64,000 nt of DNA from Podospora anserina (Eukaryota): NCBI GenBank assembly GCA_017654855.1, contig CM030333.1, positions 4,712,001-4,776,000 of the forward strand, written 5' to 3'. Within the stretch, counting starts at the first letter, position 1; each line of letters starts with the position of its first letter. The translations under genes were made by a program, and so were the position numbers. The notes beneath the pieces were generated by a model that worked only from the letters and a program-made list of their open reading frames with translations, was not told the origin of the DNA and did not search any database. Positions 1-12,560 of this stretch are shown in pieces.

Positions 1-542
1 CATTAAGAAGGGTGCGTGCACAGCAATTGCCTCCAATCGACTCGCTTTTGCGCAGACCGATGCTAATCTGTTTTTTTCCTCTAGGCGCGAAAGTAAAGTC
101 CATCCATCGCGGTGTTAAGGAGTGCGAGAAAGCTATCAAGAAGACACCTGCGAAGACCCCCGCGACTGCCCCTAGCGACGCCCCCGGCCTTGTCATCATT
201 GCCGGCGACATCTCTCCTATGGATGTCATCATGCACTTCCCCCTCCTCTGCGAGGAGCACAACGTTCCCTACTTGTTCATCAAGTCCCGCGCCGACCTCG
301 GTGTTGCCGCTTGCACCAAGCGCGCCACCAGTGTTGTCATGTTGAAGCCTTCAGGCAAGAAGGCTGGCAAAGACACCGAGATGACCGACGCTGATAAGAA
401 GTCGTCGGCTGAGGAGTACCTCGAGTCCTACAAGGAGGTCCTGAGGATTGCTCAAAAGGAGTGGGATGCCCAGGTTCAGCCGTGGGTCAAGGGCACCCAC
501 TCTAAGCAAATCGCCTACCGCCAGGCCAACAAGCAGCAGTAA
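1..542 (+). CDS. NHP2: H/ACA snoRNP subunit Nhp2 (L7Ae family), 3' part; gene starts upstream of the window
   Basis: Intron GTGCGT(12)..CTAAT..TAG(84). Last exon encodes RGVKECEKAIKK, GLVIIAGDISPMDVIMHFPLLCEEHNVPYLFIKSRADLGVAACTKRATSVV, typical of L7Ae/Nhp2. Confidence 0.9.
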   Translation, partial: LRRVRAQQLPPIDSLLRRPMLICFFPLGAKVKSIHRGVKECEKAIKKTPAKTPATAPSDAPGLVIIAGDISPMDVIMHFPLLCEEHNVPYLFIKSRADLGVAACTKRATSVVMLKPSGKKAGKDTEMTDADKKSSAEEYLESYKEVLRIAQKEWDAQVQPWVKGTHSKQIAYRQANKQQ

Positions 543-2243
543 ATCGGCGCTGCCTGAGCTCCCTGTTGCTGTTTGACTTCAAGGCAGCACGTTTTCTTGC
601 TACATTCTCAGCAACCAGCATGATATACCCATACGGATACCCAGCTCCCCTTACTTGTCACGCGACTCTACCTCGGCATCGTTTGTTGGGCATGTCAGAA
701 GCAGGGTTATCCTCCTCTCGATCTCTCCGTCTCTTCAGTCTTCCCTTTGCATCAAGTTTCTTCGACAACATGAGCAAACTGCGTATTCACACTATTAATA
801 TTGCAAGAGCTTATCGTTCAGTCTTTGGAACAGCATCAATGGGGAATACCATGAGGGGCTTCAATGAGAGAATATCAGAACCAGAGGATATTTTCTTTCT
901 TTCTCTGAACATCAATTTGAAGCATCTTGTCATTTTCTCGATGGCATGGTAGTCGTTGATTTGGCTTCCATTGGGTGTCAAACAAAAAAGGCCGGCGTTC
1001 AGGGGACATACTGGGGGGTTTTGTTCATTGTTTTCTTTTTTCGGCATTTGTTGAAGTACAAAACAAAAGGGAATGGGGGTTAGCGGTTAGCTTTCAGCCT
1101 TTTTGTAGGGTGTATAAAATATCACAAACACCGGATGGTGTTTTATATTCAATTTTGTTCATTTTGCTTTTGTGTGCTCCGACGAGAATGATAGACACCG
1201 TCGACAGAAGTACCCATCAACATTTGTCCACCTAGAATCCAACGCAGACTCCCGTCGTCCTATTCCGAAGCAACCTGCAACACGGCAGACCATCGCCAAT
1301 CTATCAGCACAAGAGATATACCACCCATCCCAAACTTACAGACCACAACACCAGCAAGCCTGGCATCAGGTACTCACTCCCATCAACTTCATGAGCATTC
1401 AACTAACAACTCATGAACAGAAAAACAAAACAACGTCCCACACATCCCAATGTCACACCTTCACCTTAACCACCTAACCACCTAACTCTCTATCAACTCC
1501 TCGTTACAGACAAACACAGCAACCCAACACCGCTCGGGAAAATTGCCCTCACTAAATCAACCCCATGCAGAGATGAACCCATGAGCCCCCTCATCAACAA
1601 CACTTGACACAACAACACTTGACACAGACAGACTCAAGATTCAACCCGTCTGTTTCAATGACGATACCCCCTTGACAGCCCAGCTTGGCAGGTTGAAAAA
1701 CACACCAACAACTACCGAGAACACCGTGACACGAGGATTTATCACAGCAGCCCGTGCTGGGCCTCCTGTGCCAATAGAACCGCGAATATCCCCTGTCTTG
1801 TTCGCGTTTGCTCGGATAGGTGATAACGAGTACTGTCGATTCCACTTTCTAGAAACGAGGGTGCTCTCTCATGTGTGTTTGGTGGTTTACTGAGATTCCA
1901 GCCATGTTTCAAGTTCGTCGGCTGAGAAAAGCCTTACGTGTTTAGCATGGGGATGTTGTTGGGAGCCAGAGAATTAGTAATTTTCATGATCACCACGGCA
2001 CCGAATAGTTCACATCCTCTTCGCATATTCAGCAACGCGCACAACAGCAGTGAGTCTACCTCAAATCCCATTCCATGGATGCTAATATCATAAAAGTACA
2101 CAAAAACAAAAGAAAAAAGCATCACACACTAAAGCGCCTTAATCTTTTGAATTTCCTCCTCTCCCTCCTCCAAGATCACTCTATCCCGAGTCGAGGTTCA
2201 TTAATCATCTATCTTTCCTCCTCCCATTGCCCATCATCTCCAT

Positions 2244-2965
2244 TTACTCCGCCCGGAAAGAGTTACGGCTCAATGGGGTGCCACCGGAGCCGAAGGGGAT
2301 AGTGCGGGTGCCCCACCAAGAAAGGAAGACGGAAAGACCGACAGTCTCGAAGAGCTTAGCGAGCACATTGAGGCCAACCTGGTCAAAGGCGCGGTGCTCG
2401 ACGACAAGCTGGGAGATAAAGCCGGGGGCGCTGGTGGCGGCGAAGATGAGAGCACCGAGGTAGGCGGCGCCCTTGTAGGAGAGAGTGCCTGTGGCGTTGA
2501 TCAGGGCACCGACACCGTAGGACTGGAGGGCAGAGCCGACGAGGGCGGAACCCCAGGCAGCGGCGGCAGAAGAGGCTTCCCGAGACTTGAGGAACTCCTC
2601 CTTGGTGTTGGCAGACTTGGCCTTTTGCCAGGTCTTGCCGAAGAGGGGGGAGAGGACGCCGAGCTCGAAGGTGTGGTTGAAGACGGTGCCGAGGGCGATG
2701 GCGGAAGGCTTAACAGCGGGGAGGTCTGTGATGGCATTGTTAGTTTTGGGGTTTCATTATTGACTATTTGTGTCCTGATCCCTCGGTGCAACCATTGAAA
2801 ATCCTCTTCGCCAGACTGACAGATACTCAATGGTTTTTTCCATTCCCAGCGTCTGGTCGAGAACCGGCCGAGTCGACGAGGAAGAAGTCGCATTGATGAC
2901 ACCGGGTCGGATACATGGACGACTAACAATGCGGGGAAATGGCGTCACTTACACTGAAGAGACAT
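2244..2965 (-). CDS. Conserved small fungal membrane protein (DUF1761-like), 2 exons
   Basis: Exon 1 is ATGTCTCTTCAGT (2965-2953), followed by a GTAAGT..CTAAC..CAG intron (2952-2726) and exon 2 (2725-2244). Spliced product MSLQYLPAVKPSAIALGTVFNHTFELGVLSPLFGKTWQKAK...GALINATGTLSYKGAAYLGALIF...VFLSWWGTR. Strong C-ending codon bias and several hydrophobic helices. Not represented in the ORF track. Family name from recollection. Confidence 0.8.
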
Positions 2966-3336
2966 GTTTGCGGTTGTGAAGTGTGAGAGAGTTGTGTTAA
3001 CTGTTTGGATAGTGTTGAGGAAGTGGTTAGTGTATCGTGAGAGGACTATTCGTCAAAGCTGGATGGATTGTTTGTTTGGTTTGATGAGGAAAGAAAGCAA
3101 AAAGTCAGGTCAGCAGACGGCGGGAAAGACGGTTTATTATAACACAAAACTCTGAAGAGTGGGCAGGAACCTGGATCGCCTTTGTGCGTCACGATTTCCC
3201 AGCCTGCAAGTGACCCAGTCCCCCAGTCCAGTCCCGTACCCGGGCCAGGTTAATTGGAAACGGACGGGGCCCTCCACCTCCCCAGTGACTGGCCGGGGTA
3301 CCAAGCTGTAAGGCGTACGTACCCCCTTTTGCTACC

Positions 3337-3984
3337 TCATACATCATCGCAGCGTAGCTCCCCGCCTTGAGAAGCGCTTCCCAAAGTCAGCAGTGGGAGA
3401 GCAGGCCTTTGATGCTGCTGTGCTATGACGTCACCACCTTTTGCGCCTGTCAAATTCCGATGCGACCCTTGGCTTGGGCCCCACTTTCCGCAACCTCCCA
3501 GACCACATTCTCCGCTTTTGGACTCTTGATTCGGATAGCCCCATGGCCTTGAAAGGCCATCTTCCATCAGCTCATTCTTCCTCTCAAACAGCAATTGGTG
3601 TTTGCCTCGGTGTCCACTTGTGATGCTAATATCAAGATTCAGCTGCTGGAGACTTCTACGCTTTACGAAACGTGTTGTCTGAACCAAGGCGGAAGAGCCG
3701 TTAGAGACATGGGCTATGTTAATAAGTGAGCACGCCAGTTCCTGTGTGACGTATGCAGCTCCCCCTCTGGGATCTTCGATTCTTTGATTCAATGCCGAAG
3801 AAAACAACGCATGTTCGATCTGCTTCCGTTCCTGAAACCCGAGACATCCTGGCTGCTCGCCATATAGCCAAAGCTGGGTGGGCTTGACGGCCTCGGCGAG
3901 GTGTGATACCCCTGAGTTCGATAACATCTGGTCCAGACACTTTGGAATGACAGGACCCTGTGGTCGATCCAAGCTTACTATCAT
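3337..3984 (-). CDS. Orphan ORF / hypothetical protein (~215 aa from ATG 3984)
   Basis: Stop-free reading frame of 234 codons in intergenic DNA. No recognisable motif and weak codon bias. Confidence 0.3.
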   Translation of the reverse strand: MIVSLDRPQGPVIPKCLDQMLSNSGVSHLAEAVKPTQLWLYGEQPGCLGFQERKQIEHALFSSALNQRIEDPRGGAAYVTQELACSLINIAHVSNGSSALVQTTRFVKRRSLQQLNLDISITSGHRGKHQLLFERKNELMEDGLSRPWGYPNQESKSGECGLGGCGKWGPSQGSHRNLTGAKGGDVIAQQHQRPALPLLTLGSASQGGELRCDDV

Positions 3985-4485
3985 GGCTATAGCCTCTTCT
4001 CTGTCTACACTGGGTCTCAAGTAAACAAAACATATCTTCAAGAGGACTCATCATGAAGTTGAAAGTATGTTAATAAACCATGTATAAACAAGAGTTAAAT
4101 GTAGTATGTGTAATGCAATACAATGCAGCTGATGCCTTCATTTTGTCCTCTTATCCTCTTCCCCCTTCACCCAAGCCAGATTCGTTGAGCACTGCTTTTT
4201 TTTCTCCCCTCCCATCATGCAAAACATTACCTTTCGCTCCCCTCTTTAATTTTATAAGAAGCCCCCTTCAACCCTCTCAAAAAGAAAAAATGGGTACAAG
4301 ATGAAACGAACCAAAAAAAAACAACAGAAAAAAACTTCAAATAATTATCAAAACAATATTTCCCAGCCCCTAAGACCGCCCCCTTCCCCGCCAACCCGAC
4401 CTGACACCTCCCTTCATTTCATTCACGTCCTAAAAAAACACACGTCCAATGCATACTACACATAAAAGTTCCACAGACAGAAGCA

Positions 4486-6134
4486 TCAAGCCATATGCTG
4501 CCCATCCTCTCCCCCTCTCAGCGCCAGCAACGCCCTCACGTCGCTCACGTATTGCATCCCCTCCAGAAATGGTATCAAATACATCAGGTCGGAATCCGTC
4601 GGGTCGCTGATCCAGCCTTGTATCGGGATTGCGTTGTCTAGTTTTGTCATGTCAGCACATCTCCTGATATCAAGTATTTAAAAGGGATATACTCACCCTG
4701 ATGAAACATATAACTCAAGGGGCTGTTGTCCAAAATCATCACCCGGCTCAAATCCGGCTCAACACTGCTCAGATCCTTGATAAACGCCCCATGCCTAAAC
4801 GTGCAGTGCTGCCGGTAGTACCTCGCGCTGAAATACTTCCTGTCCGCCTCCAGCCAGTCAATCACTGGGTCGGCATATTCTTGAACCGAAGCGGTAAACA
4901 CAACCAGGTTATACCACTTGCTCACTCTCCTCAAGAACTCGTCACAGTGAGGGCGCTTGTGGACATAATACAGAATCGGGTGCTGGGGACCAATCGAGTT
5001 TTGGCCGCCGACTCCGACATACGTAGTGTTGAGCCGGACTTCGACCATGTGACCAGACGACATGCGCCCGCCTTTGGACATGGAATGAATCAGAGTTTCG
5101 TCGAGGTCGAGAATGAGGGTCTTTTGGTGTTCGGTGCCGCCGGGGATGACGTCGCCGGTGTTGATATAGGATGGTTGCCGGCGGGGGATCAGGGGACGGG
5201 GAGGGCCGGGGGTCTTCGGGTACTTGGTGAGGGCAGCCACAGGCGAGGTGGGGGACTTGAGGTGCGCCGAGATATCTCCAGATCCGTCACCGCCTCCGGG
5301 CGCTGAACCTGCGCGTGCGACGCTGCTGGCGGATTGTCCTTTGCGGTGCTTGCGCTGTCGGAGGGACTCCTCGGCGTGGAGCTTGATTCGGATAGACCGT
5401 CGGGCCGGGGCGATCTCTTCGGTGTCCTGCAGTGATTTCGAGCGCAGGTGGTGTTTTCCACTCACACTGTCCCGCCGACTGCCGCCCTGCCTTTTACGCT
5501 CTGGGTCCGACTCGGACTCGGAAGATAAACCTGAAGATGACGAACTACTCGACCGCGGTATACGCCCTGCCCTGCTTCCACCTCGACTTGACCTACTGCC
5601 GCTGCTCTTTTCAATATTCTCGTGATAATCCATCGCTAGCGCCTTTGCATCTCCACCGTAAATCCCAAAGAGTTTCTTTAGTTGTTGTAAAGGCGCAAAG
5701 TCACCGCTTTCGCTATAAAGACAGGCGATCAGGTACACGCCAGGTGCGGTGAGGGTGTGAAGTATCCATCGTAGCGAGTTCACAAAGGCGTTTGCAATGC
5801 GCTTTGGATAGAGGACCCAGGGCGAGCCTCTCGGGCTTATCACCTTGGGGGTTTCGTGTTTGGGTGGTATAAGGGGCGTCTTTTCGTCGATCGCATAGAG
5901 GTCTTCGCGCTTTTCGAGAGATCCTGGGTTTTCTACTGGGAATTCTTCGGGCTCGGCCGTCAAGTTCTGCTTCTCGCCGAGATCGGCCAGCGCGTTCTCG
6001 GTCTGGCTGTCCCTTAATTTCGAGGCTTCGTCCGAGCTCAACGCCAGACCTATCGTGCTCAGGGAGTTGGATCTCGTCGGACCAGGACTCGGTGGTGGAG
6101 AGACTCGTGACGAGATGATGTTGAGAGAGTTCAT
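4486..6134 (-). CDS. NEM1: Nem1/Dullard-type FCP1/NIF (HAD) protein phosphatase, nuclear envelope morphology protein
   Basis: KTLILDLDETLIHS catalytic motif, YVHKRPHCDEFL, VFTASVQEYADPVID, KDLSSVEPDLSRVMILDNSP. Intron 4696-4638; last exon DNAIPIQGWISDPTDSDLMYLIPFLEG. N-terminal hydrophobic segment. Confidence 0.9.
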
Positions 6135-7546
6135 CTTGCCGCCGACATGGAGAAGGCCATGAAGAAAGGAAGGGATGCGGAACCGCGCCAAGCTGGTGAG
6201 GCTTTGCGATTAAGGTTTTTGGGGATAGGGGTGTGGTGTAGGTAATACGTAGTGTTCGCTCCAGAGGTCCAGCCGAAGGGAGGACAAATTCTAGATGCGC
6301 ACGCGTGAAAGCGAGGCCGGTGACCGAATAGGTAACTCCAGTCAATGCGCTCAGCACAAGCCTTTGCGATTGTGGTCGGCCGTTGCTGGAGTCTTCGAGA
6401 CCGATGTCTGGTGAGGGAGGAAACGAGTCGGGGAAGATGATGATATGCCGAGAAAAGGCTTGAACGACGGGACCTAGGGCGCGGGTTGTCGGGGTTGACG
6501 GACGGCAAAGACCGGGGCTGCTATGAATCGAAGGTCAAAAAGAACGGATGGTGCAGTCACCTAAGTTGGCCGCTGTCGACAGCCTCGGCACCGTGTCAGG
6601 ACTTGTTGGAGCCCGATCGAGATGCTCTGGCAGCCTTCTTCTCCCCAAAGCAACGCTGGAACCGGGAATTCAGAAAGAAAAAAGAGTACCGAGTTGACAA
6701 GAGGTGCCGTGTCTTTTCGCATCACTTTGATAGCCAACGGGACAAGAGATCTCAGAGGTCGGCAATGTCATTCGGCGCTGCAGTGCACTGCTGCCACTAG
6801 CACATGGCGCTAGCGCGACCTTCAACTGCCTTTCAGCAAACGGGCCCAGGCGCGGGCTCAACAAAAGCCTCCCTGTCATAAACGCAGACGCCTTCACGTG
6901 CCACTGCCACTGCCAGGTCAAGTCAAACCATGCATCATCGTATATGTACATAATATTGGCAGGGAAGCTGTAGTAGTTTCCCCAAAGTAGTGTCAGATGG
7001 CCAAGATGCATCGAGGTCCAAGTTTCTGGCTCAAGCAAGCTCTTGATAGACAGCAAACTGTTTTGGGGAATGTGTAAGGACAAGCTTGTCATCTCCACTG
7101 GTTCGCAGCCGAAGTGGGAACTCGAGTGCAACGTTTCTTACCGAGAACCTATGAGGGCACTGTTGTTTCTCAGCATTTTCTGGACATTGCTGGCTTATGG
7201 TATTTGTTGAGGGCAGCATATTGAAGTGTGGTTGAATTCCACGTGGCTGGCCACTGTCTACATGTTGCCAGGCTTGTTCGTGGAGATGTTGACGGAAAGG
7301 AAGTAACAGCCACTTGTCAGCCATGTAGCTGAAAGAACCCGGGCCTCGAAGCTCTCAATGCAGTGATGTAAAACTGACAGTGCACTGAATTCCTTGGTAC
7401 AGAACGCAAAGGACTGTCATCTCGAAACCAAAAGTGAGTTCTACCCTCGACTCCAATTCATGACCACCGGGTTAGTTGATATACAGGTTCCTCTATTCTA
7501 TCACACGTTCTCCCCTGGCCCACTTCTTCATCCCATCTAATCTGAT

Positions 7547-8246
7547 TTACTCCTCCTCAGAGGCGAACTCAGCACGGCCAGCCTTCGAGTTGAGGTACTC
7601 ATTCCTGCACATCCATTAGTCATTGTCGGCTCGAGTTGAAGCTGTCCATGAAAGCCATACCGCTCGATAGCCCAGTTCATGATGTAGTATCCGGCAATCA
7701 TAGGAGGGGCCCAGTAGACGACCTGGGTGCTGAACCGTCTCCAGGTGTTGAAGATGGCGTCGTGGAAAGCACCGGCGAGGGGCTTTTGGCGGTTAGGGGC
7801 GATACCGTAAGAGACAATGCCCTTCTGCTTCATGCCACCTGTTGAAAATTCCGAGTCAGACCAGGTCCAAGCTGTTTTCCAAAGTGTTCCGTTCACAGAG
7901 TGCCCCCCAGTAATCGTTTGTCGTTTATTGCCGGCCATTCCATTTCCATATCATTATTTTCCGGCATCCCGAACATCCCAATCCAGATTCTTCCAAGTTC
8001 CTCCGGGAATCGTATCGTCGCGGTTTCACTCACCAAAGTTACCCCAGTTACCGAGGAAGCTATAAACATGTCAGCAGCCGCTCCCAGAGGTGTTTGGCTG
8101 GCGCATCGAGGGTGGGCTCGGCGAGGGGTCGAGGGGGGAAAAGGCGCATCATGGCCTGGATTGCACCGGTTTGGGCGCACTCACTTGTTGTGGCGGCCGA
8201 TGGGGGCATTGCTGCCACCGCCGAGACGGACCTGTGTAGGCTGCAT
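7547..8246 (-). CDS. QCR8: Cytochrome b-c1 complex subunit 8, 4 exons
   Basis: Spliced product MQPTQVRLGGGSNAPIGRHNNFLGNWGNFGGMKQKGIVSYGIAPNRQKPLAGAFHDAIFNTWRRFSTQVVYWAPPMIAGYYIMNWAIERNEYLNSKAGRAEF; canonical GT-AG introns. Confidence 0.93.
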
Positions 8247-8610
8247 TTTGAATTGAGGGTGTATCGAGACGGGCGCGTGGGCGAGAGTCAATCGAAATCG
8301 TAGTCGACGCAAGCGAAGTTCGGAATAGCACGCGGCAGCTCGAAGTTGAAATCAGTCGACAGAAGCCGAGAAGCAAATCCCCAAAGCGGCTTAGCGCCCA
8401 GTTGCGGTACGTAACCTGAAAAAAGCTCGCCCGTGCCGACCCCCCCGGATGCGCCCGGGCCACCTCTCAACGACGAACATTTGGAAAGTGGGCTGCCCGC
8501 AGAGCTTCATGTCCCCACTTCAGTAGAAGCTCCATCCATTCCCATCGCCATCACCATCGCAAAGGAATCCCACCGACACAGTCGAGGTCAACAGCGCCTC
8601 TCTACACACA

Positions 8611-9505
8611 ATGGCCGCCAGAGGTCTCGGTTTCATTTATGCGGCTGCGCTCCCCGCAGTGGTCGGCGCAAGCTTTCTCCAGTCGGCCCTCTACGATGTC
8701 AAGGGCGGTACCAGAGCTGTTATTTTCGACAGGATGTCCGGTGTAAAGGAGCAGGTCGTTAGCGAAGGCACACATTTCCTCATTCCCTGGCTGCAAAAGG
8801 CCATCATCTTCGATGTACGGACAAAGCCTCGCATCATCGGCACCACCACCGGCTCCAAGGATTTGCAAATGGTCAGCTTGACGCTCAGAGTACTCCACAG
8901 GCCCGATGTTCAGGCTCTCCCCAAGATCTACCAGGTTCGTCTTTGCACATATATATCAGAGTACTTGTTGGGCTAGACGCTGACGTTTTTTCATGTAGCA
9001 ACTCGGCCAAGATTATGATGAGCGTGTGCTCCCCTCCATCGGTAACGAAGTCCTCAAGTCTATCGTTGCCCAGTTCGATGCCGCCGAGCTCATCACCCAG
9101 CGTGAGGCTGTCTCCAACCGGATCCGGACCGACCTTATGAAGCGTGCCCGCGAGTTCAACATTGCTCTCGAGGATGTGTCCATCACTCACATGACGTTCG
9201 GCAAGGAGTTCACCAAGGCCGTCGAGCAGAAGCAGATTGCGCAGCAGGATGCCGAGAGGGCGCGCTTCATCGTTGAGCGGGCCGAGCAGGAGCGCCAGGC
9301 CAATGTTATTCGTGCCGAGGGTGAAGCCGAGAGTGCTGAGGCTATCAGCAAGGCGATTGCCAAGGCCGGCGATGGTCTTATCCAAGTGCGCAAAATCGAG
9401 GCCAGCAGAGAGATTGCGCAGACACTGGCTTCCAACCCCAATGTGGCCTATCTTCCAGGCGGTGGCAAGGGCACGAACCTGTTGATGAACGTTGGGCGGG
9501 CGTAG
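8611..9505 (+). CDS. PHB1: Prohibitin 1 (SPFH domain), 2 exons
   Basis: [81 protein letters not shown]. Intron ~8935-8998. Confidence 0.95.
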
Positions 9506-10496
9506 GGAAAGATTTAAAAGGGGGTGATCATGAAAAGGCCGAGGATAATACAACAAAGGCTGTGTATACTATGTGGACTGTGTGGATTGTATGGATATAT
9601 CCCCCTCTCGGAATGTCATGAGAATGAGCACTTGATTCAACCAAACTTGGTTACCTTGTGCATTCTCAACATGTCTAGACTTCAGTGCCCACTATCGCGC
9701 TGCTTGATGGGTTATAAGAGAGTCAGTCCTGTTTAAAAATCAACCTCTCAAATCTAGGTAGGTAAACATTGGATGTCTTGGTTACACAGCATGAACGATG
9801 ATAGTGGTGGACTGGCAGTGGGTCTGCAGGGGGTTTTTACACTAGCACGCCAGCGCGTGCTTCAGTTGGATCCAGCCTTACCATGTCTTGGCGCGCCCCA
9901 TTCCAGGTTCACGACTGCCGAAACTTGGGACCTGCGACCTGGACTTGCCTGGGCTGTTCCGTGAACAAAGACATGATCAAAATTTGACCTTCTAATAATT
10001 TCTAGTTTGATTTTTCACTTTCATTTTGGTAATCAGTCTGTACTCTTGCTCTGCGATTTGCAGGATTGCGCATTCAGTTGAGAATCCTACTTTTTTGGAC
10101 ACGGGTCACAACATCATACCAGTGGAAGCCATATCTTACCTGCCATTGAGTCTCATCTTGGAGATTCCTCATCACTTCGATCGCATCAATAGTCAAAGGC
10201 AATCTCGCATTCCCATGACAGCAAGGCCTTTCGTGAGCCCGTCATTCCGCTCCTGCCTGGGCGCAATCGGTTGCTCCTCTGGTGTTGCTCGTCCGCCGTT
10301 TCGGAAACCGGTCTCACTTGCGCCCGTCTATTCGATACGCCATCGGCGAGGAGCAGCCACAGGACCACAACATTGACTCGAAGCTCCGATTGTGGGTACA
10401 CCCACTCTTATTATGACCACTTTTGCTGACGGTGAATAGATCTCTAGAGGTCGTCACCCATCTACTTACGTGCGCGAGACAGAGCCACCTGGAGCT

Positions 10497-12560
10497 ATGG
10501 AGGCCATGGAGGCAGTCCTTCGCAACTTCAAGCAGATTCCCTGCCCCGACGGCGACCAGTGTACCACGCCTTCGTGTCAGTGGCAGCACAGTTGGGATAG
10601 GAATCCTCCAGCGGCCTCTTCATCGACATCACCTGCGCCCGTCACGAAGCAAGACGAGACTTTAGCTCAGGACCCGGATGGCCCGCGGAAACGACGTAGG
10701 ACCTCGTCCGAAGCTGGGTCCGCGACTGCTATTACCACTGCTACAGGAGCTGTCTCTCCTCCCCCGCTCAAGCGCAAAGCACCTGAGCACTCGACTTTGC
10801 CCGCTCCGGCCAGCAAGGTACAAAGGCCGGTTGCCACTGCTCCCGCATCCTTGACAACTCCCTCCAGAGCAACTGCTTCGATCAGCGCTAGCCCCAGCAC
10901 TGTATCGAAGCAAAGCGCCGCCAAACAGATCACAGCCCCAAAGCAACAAGCCACACCACGCAAACCAGAGACGCTCAACCCGCGCCATCTCACCTCGGCT
11001 GCCCCAGCCTCCCATGAGTTCCGGTTCAAGGCCCTCAAGATGCTTCATGAGCAGTTCAAGCGACTCAACGATGAAGTAAAAAAGGACGTCAAAGAAGACG
11101 AACAGAAACTTGTCCTCACAGAACAAGAACTCATCTGGTTGGCCCTGGATGTCGAGCAGAAGATGGCCACAGAGAAGCCCGTCATCTATACCAACGTCAT
11201 CAAGAACGAGATCATGGCGTACAGGAAGAAGACCCCCGGTCGGTGGAGAGACGAGCGACTTGCCGAGTGGCAGAAGAGGAACGAGCCCAAGACCCCGGTC
11301 AAGAAGTTGAGACTTGGCCCGCCCAAGGAGGTCAAGACAGGTCTGACTCCCCAGGAAGAGGTCAGTTTCCTCGTCCACCTTCTCACCCCCATCACCGAGC
11401 TTGCCGAACATGGTTATGTCGTCAGACCACCTACCTACGAGGAAATCAGAAGAGCCCGTGAGGGCGAAAAGGCGTCCTTGGGATGGGAGGTATGTGACCG
11501 CTGTACCACAAGATTCCAAGTGTTTCCTGGAAGACGAGAGGAAGATGGTGCCCTCACCTCAGGTGGGACCTGCACCCATCACAGCGGTCGAGCGTACTTC
11601 CCCGAGCGAGTCCCGGGCACCGTCGACCGACCGCCGAAGCGATACCGCTGTTGCCAGGAAACAGTGGGTGAATCCACTGGCTGCACCGTCGGAAGTACCC
11701 ATGTCTTCAAAGCCTCTGCTCCGTCTCGACTGGCTGCGTTGATGCCCTTCATGGAGACACCGCCCAATCCGTCGGTACCCAAGGATCGCGCTGTTTGCTT
11801 TGACTGCGAGATGGGCTACACTGCCCGCGGACTGGAGCTGATCCGGCTGACAGCCACCAGTTGGCCAGATGGCAAGGAGCTGCTCGACGTGATTGTCCGC
11901 CCCATTGGTGAGGTTCTCGACCTCAACTCGCGCTACTCTGGTGTTTGGCCCCAGGACATTGCCAACGCCGAGGAGTGGTCGCCAGGCAAGCCTCTTACTA
12001 CTGTTGTCGAGTCTTCGGATACCGGTCGTACCAAGAAGAAGCACATGACAATTGTTCCTTCCCCCATGGTGGCACGTGACTTGCTCTTTTCGTTGATCTG
12101 CCCCGAGACTCCGCTTATTGGGCACGCTCTGGAGAACGACTTGAACGCGGTTCGCATTGTTCACCCTACCATCATCGACACGGCGCTCCTTTTTCCTCAC
12201 AGGCGCGGCTTACCCATGCGATATAGTTTGAAGATGCTTATGGAGACAGAGCTCAACAAGGCCATCCAGGTGGACACCAAGGAGAACCGGGGTCACGACA
12301 GCGGCGAGGATGCCAGGGCCGCTGGAGAGCTCGTCAGGCTGAAAGTCATGGAGAAGTGGGACCAGATGAAGGGAGAGGGTTGGATGGTGGTTGATGGGGC
12401 TTTTGTGCCACCTGGGTGGGGCAAGACAAATATCAAGGGAGGAGCTTTGAGTGAAAGATTCCTGGAGAAGAAGGAGGAAGGGGAGTTGGGGGAGGAAGAC
12501 GAGGTAGAGCCGGTGGTGTTGGATGGCAGTGGCACAGGAGGCAAGCTTTACTCTCTTTAG
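10497..12560 (+). CDS. REX3: RNA exonuclease 3 (DEDDh exonuclease with N-terminal CCCH and Cys/His cluster)
   Basis: AVCFDCEMGYT (ExoI), LIGHALENDL (ExoII), GHDSGEDARAA (ExoIII); CDRCTTRF..CTHH..YRCC cluster typical of Rex3/REXO1. Confidence 0.85.
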   Translation: MEAMEAVLRNFKQIPCPDGDQCTTPSCQWQHSWDRNPPAASSSTSPAPVTKQDETLAQDPDGPRKRRRTSSEAGSATAITTATGAVSPPPLKRKAPEHSTLPAPASKVQRPVATAPASLTTPSRATASISASPSTVSKQSAAKQITAPKQQATPRKPETLNPRHLTSAAPASHEFRFKALKMLHEQFKRLNDEVKKDVKEDEQKLVLTEQELIWLALDVEQKMATEKPVIYTNVIKNEIMAYRKKTPGRWRDERLAEWQKRNEPKTPVKKLRLGPPKEVKTGLTPQEEVSFLVHLLTPITELAEHGYVVRPPTYEEIRRAREGEKASLGWEVCDRCTTRFQVFPGRREEDGALTSGGTCTHHSGRAYFPERVPGTVDRPPKRYRCCQETVGESTGCTVGSTHVFKASAPSRLAALMPFMETPPNPSVPKDRAVCFDCEMGYTARGLELIRLTATSWPDGKELLDVIVRPIGEVLDLNSRYSGVWPQDIANAEEWSPGKPLTTVVESSDTGRTKKKHMTIVPSPMVARDLLFSLICPETPLIGHALENDLNAVRIVHPTIIDTALLFPHRRGLPMRYSLKMLMETELNKAIQVDTKENRGHDSGEDARAAGELVRLKVMEKWDQMKGEGWMVVDGAFVPPGWGKTNIKGGALSERFLEKKEEGELGEEDEVEPVVLDGSGTGGKLYSL

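Noticed and set aside
1594-1845. Cys-rich 83-aa minus-strand ORF
   Set aside because: No ATG start or signal peptide. Part of the Cys content comes from a 15-bp tandem duplication (CAACAACACTTGACA).
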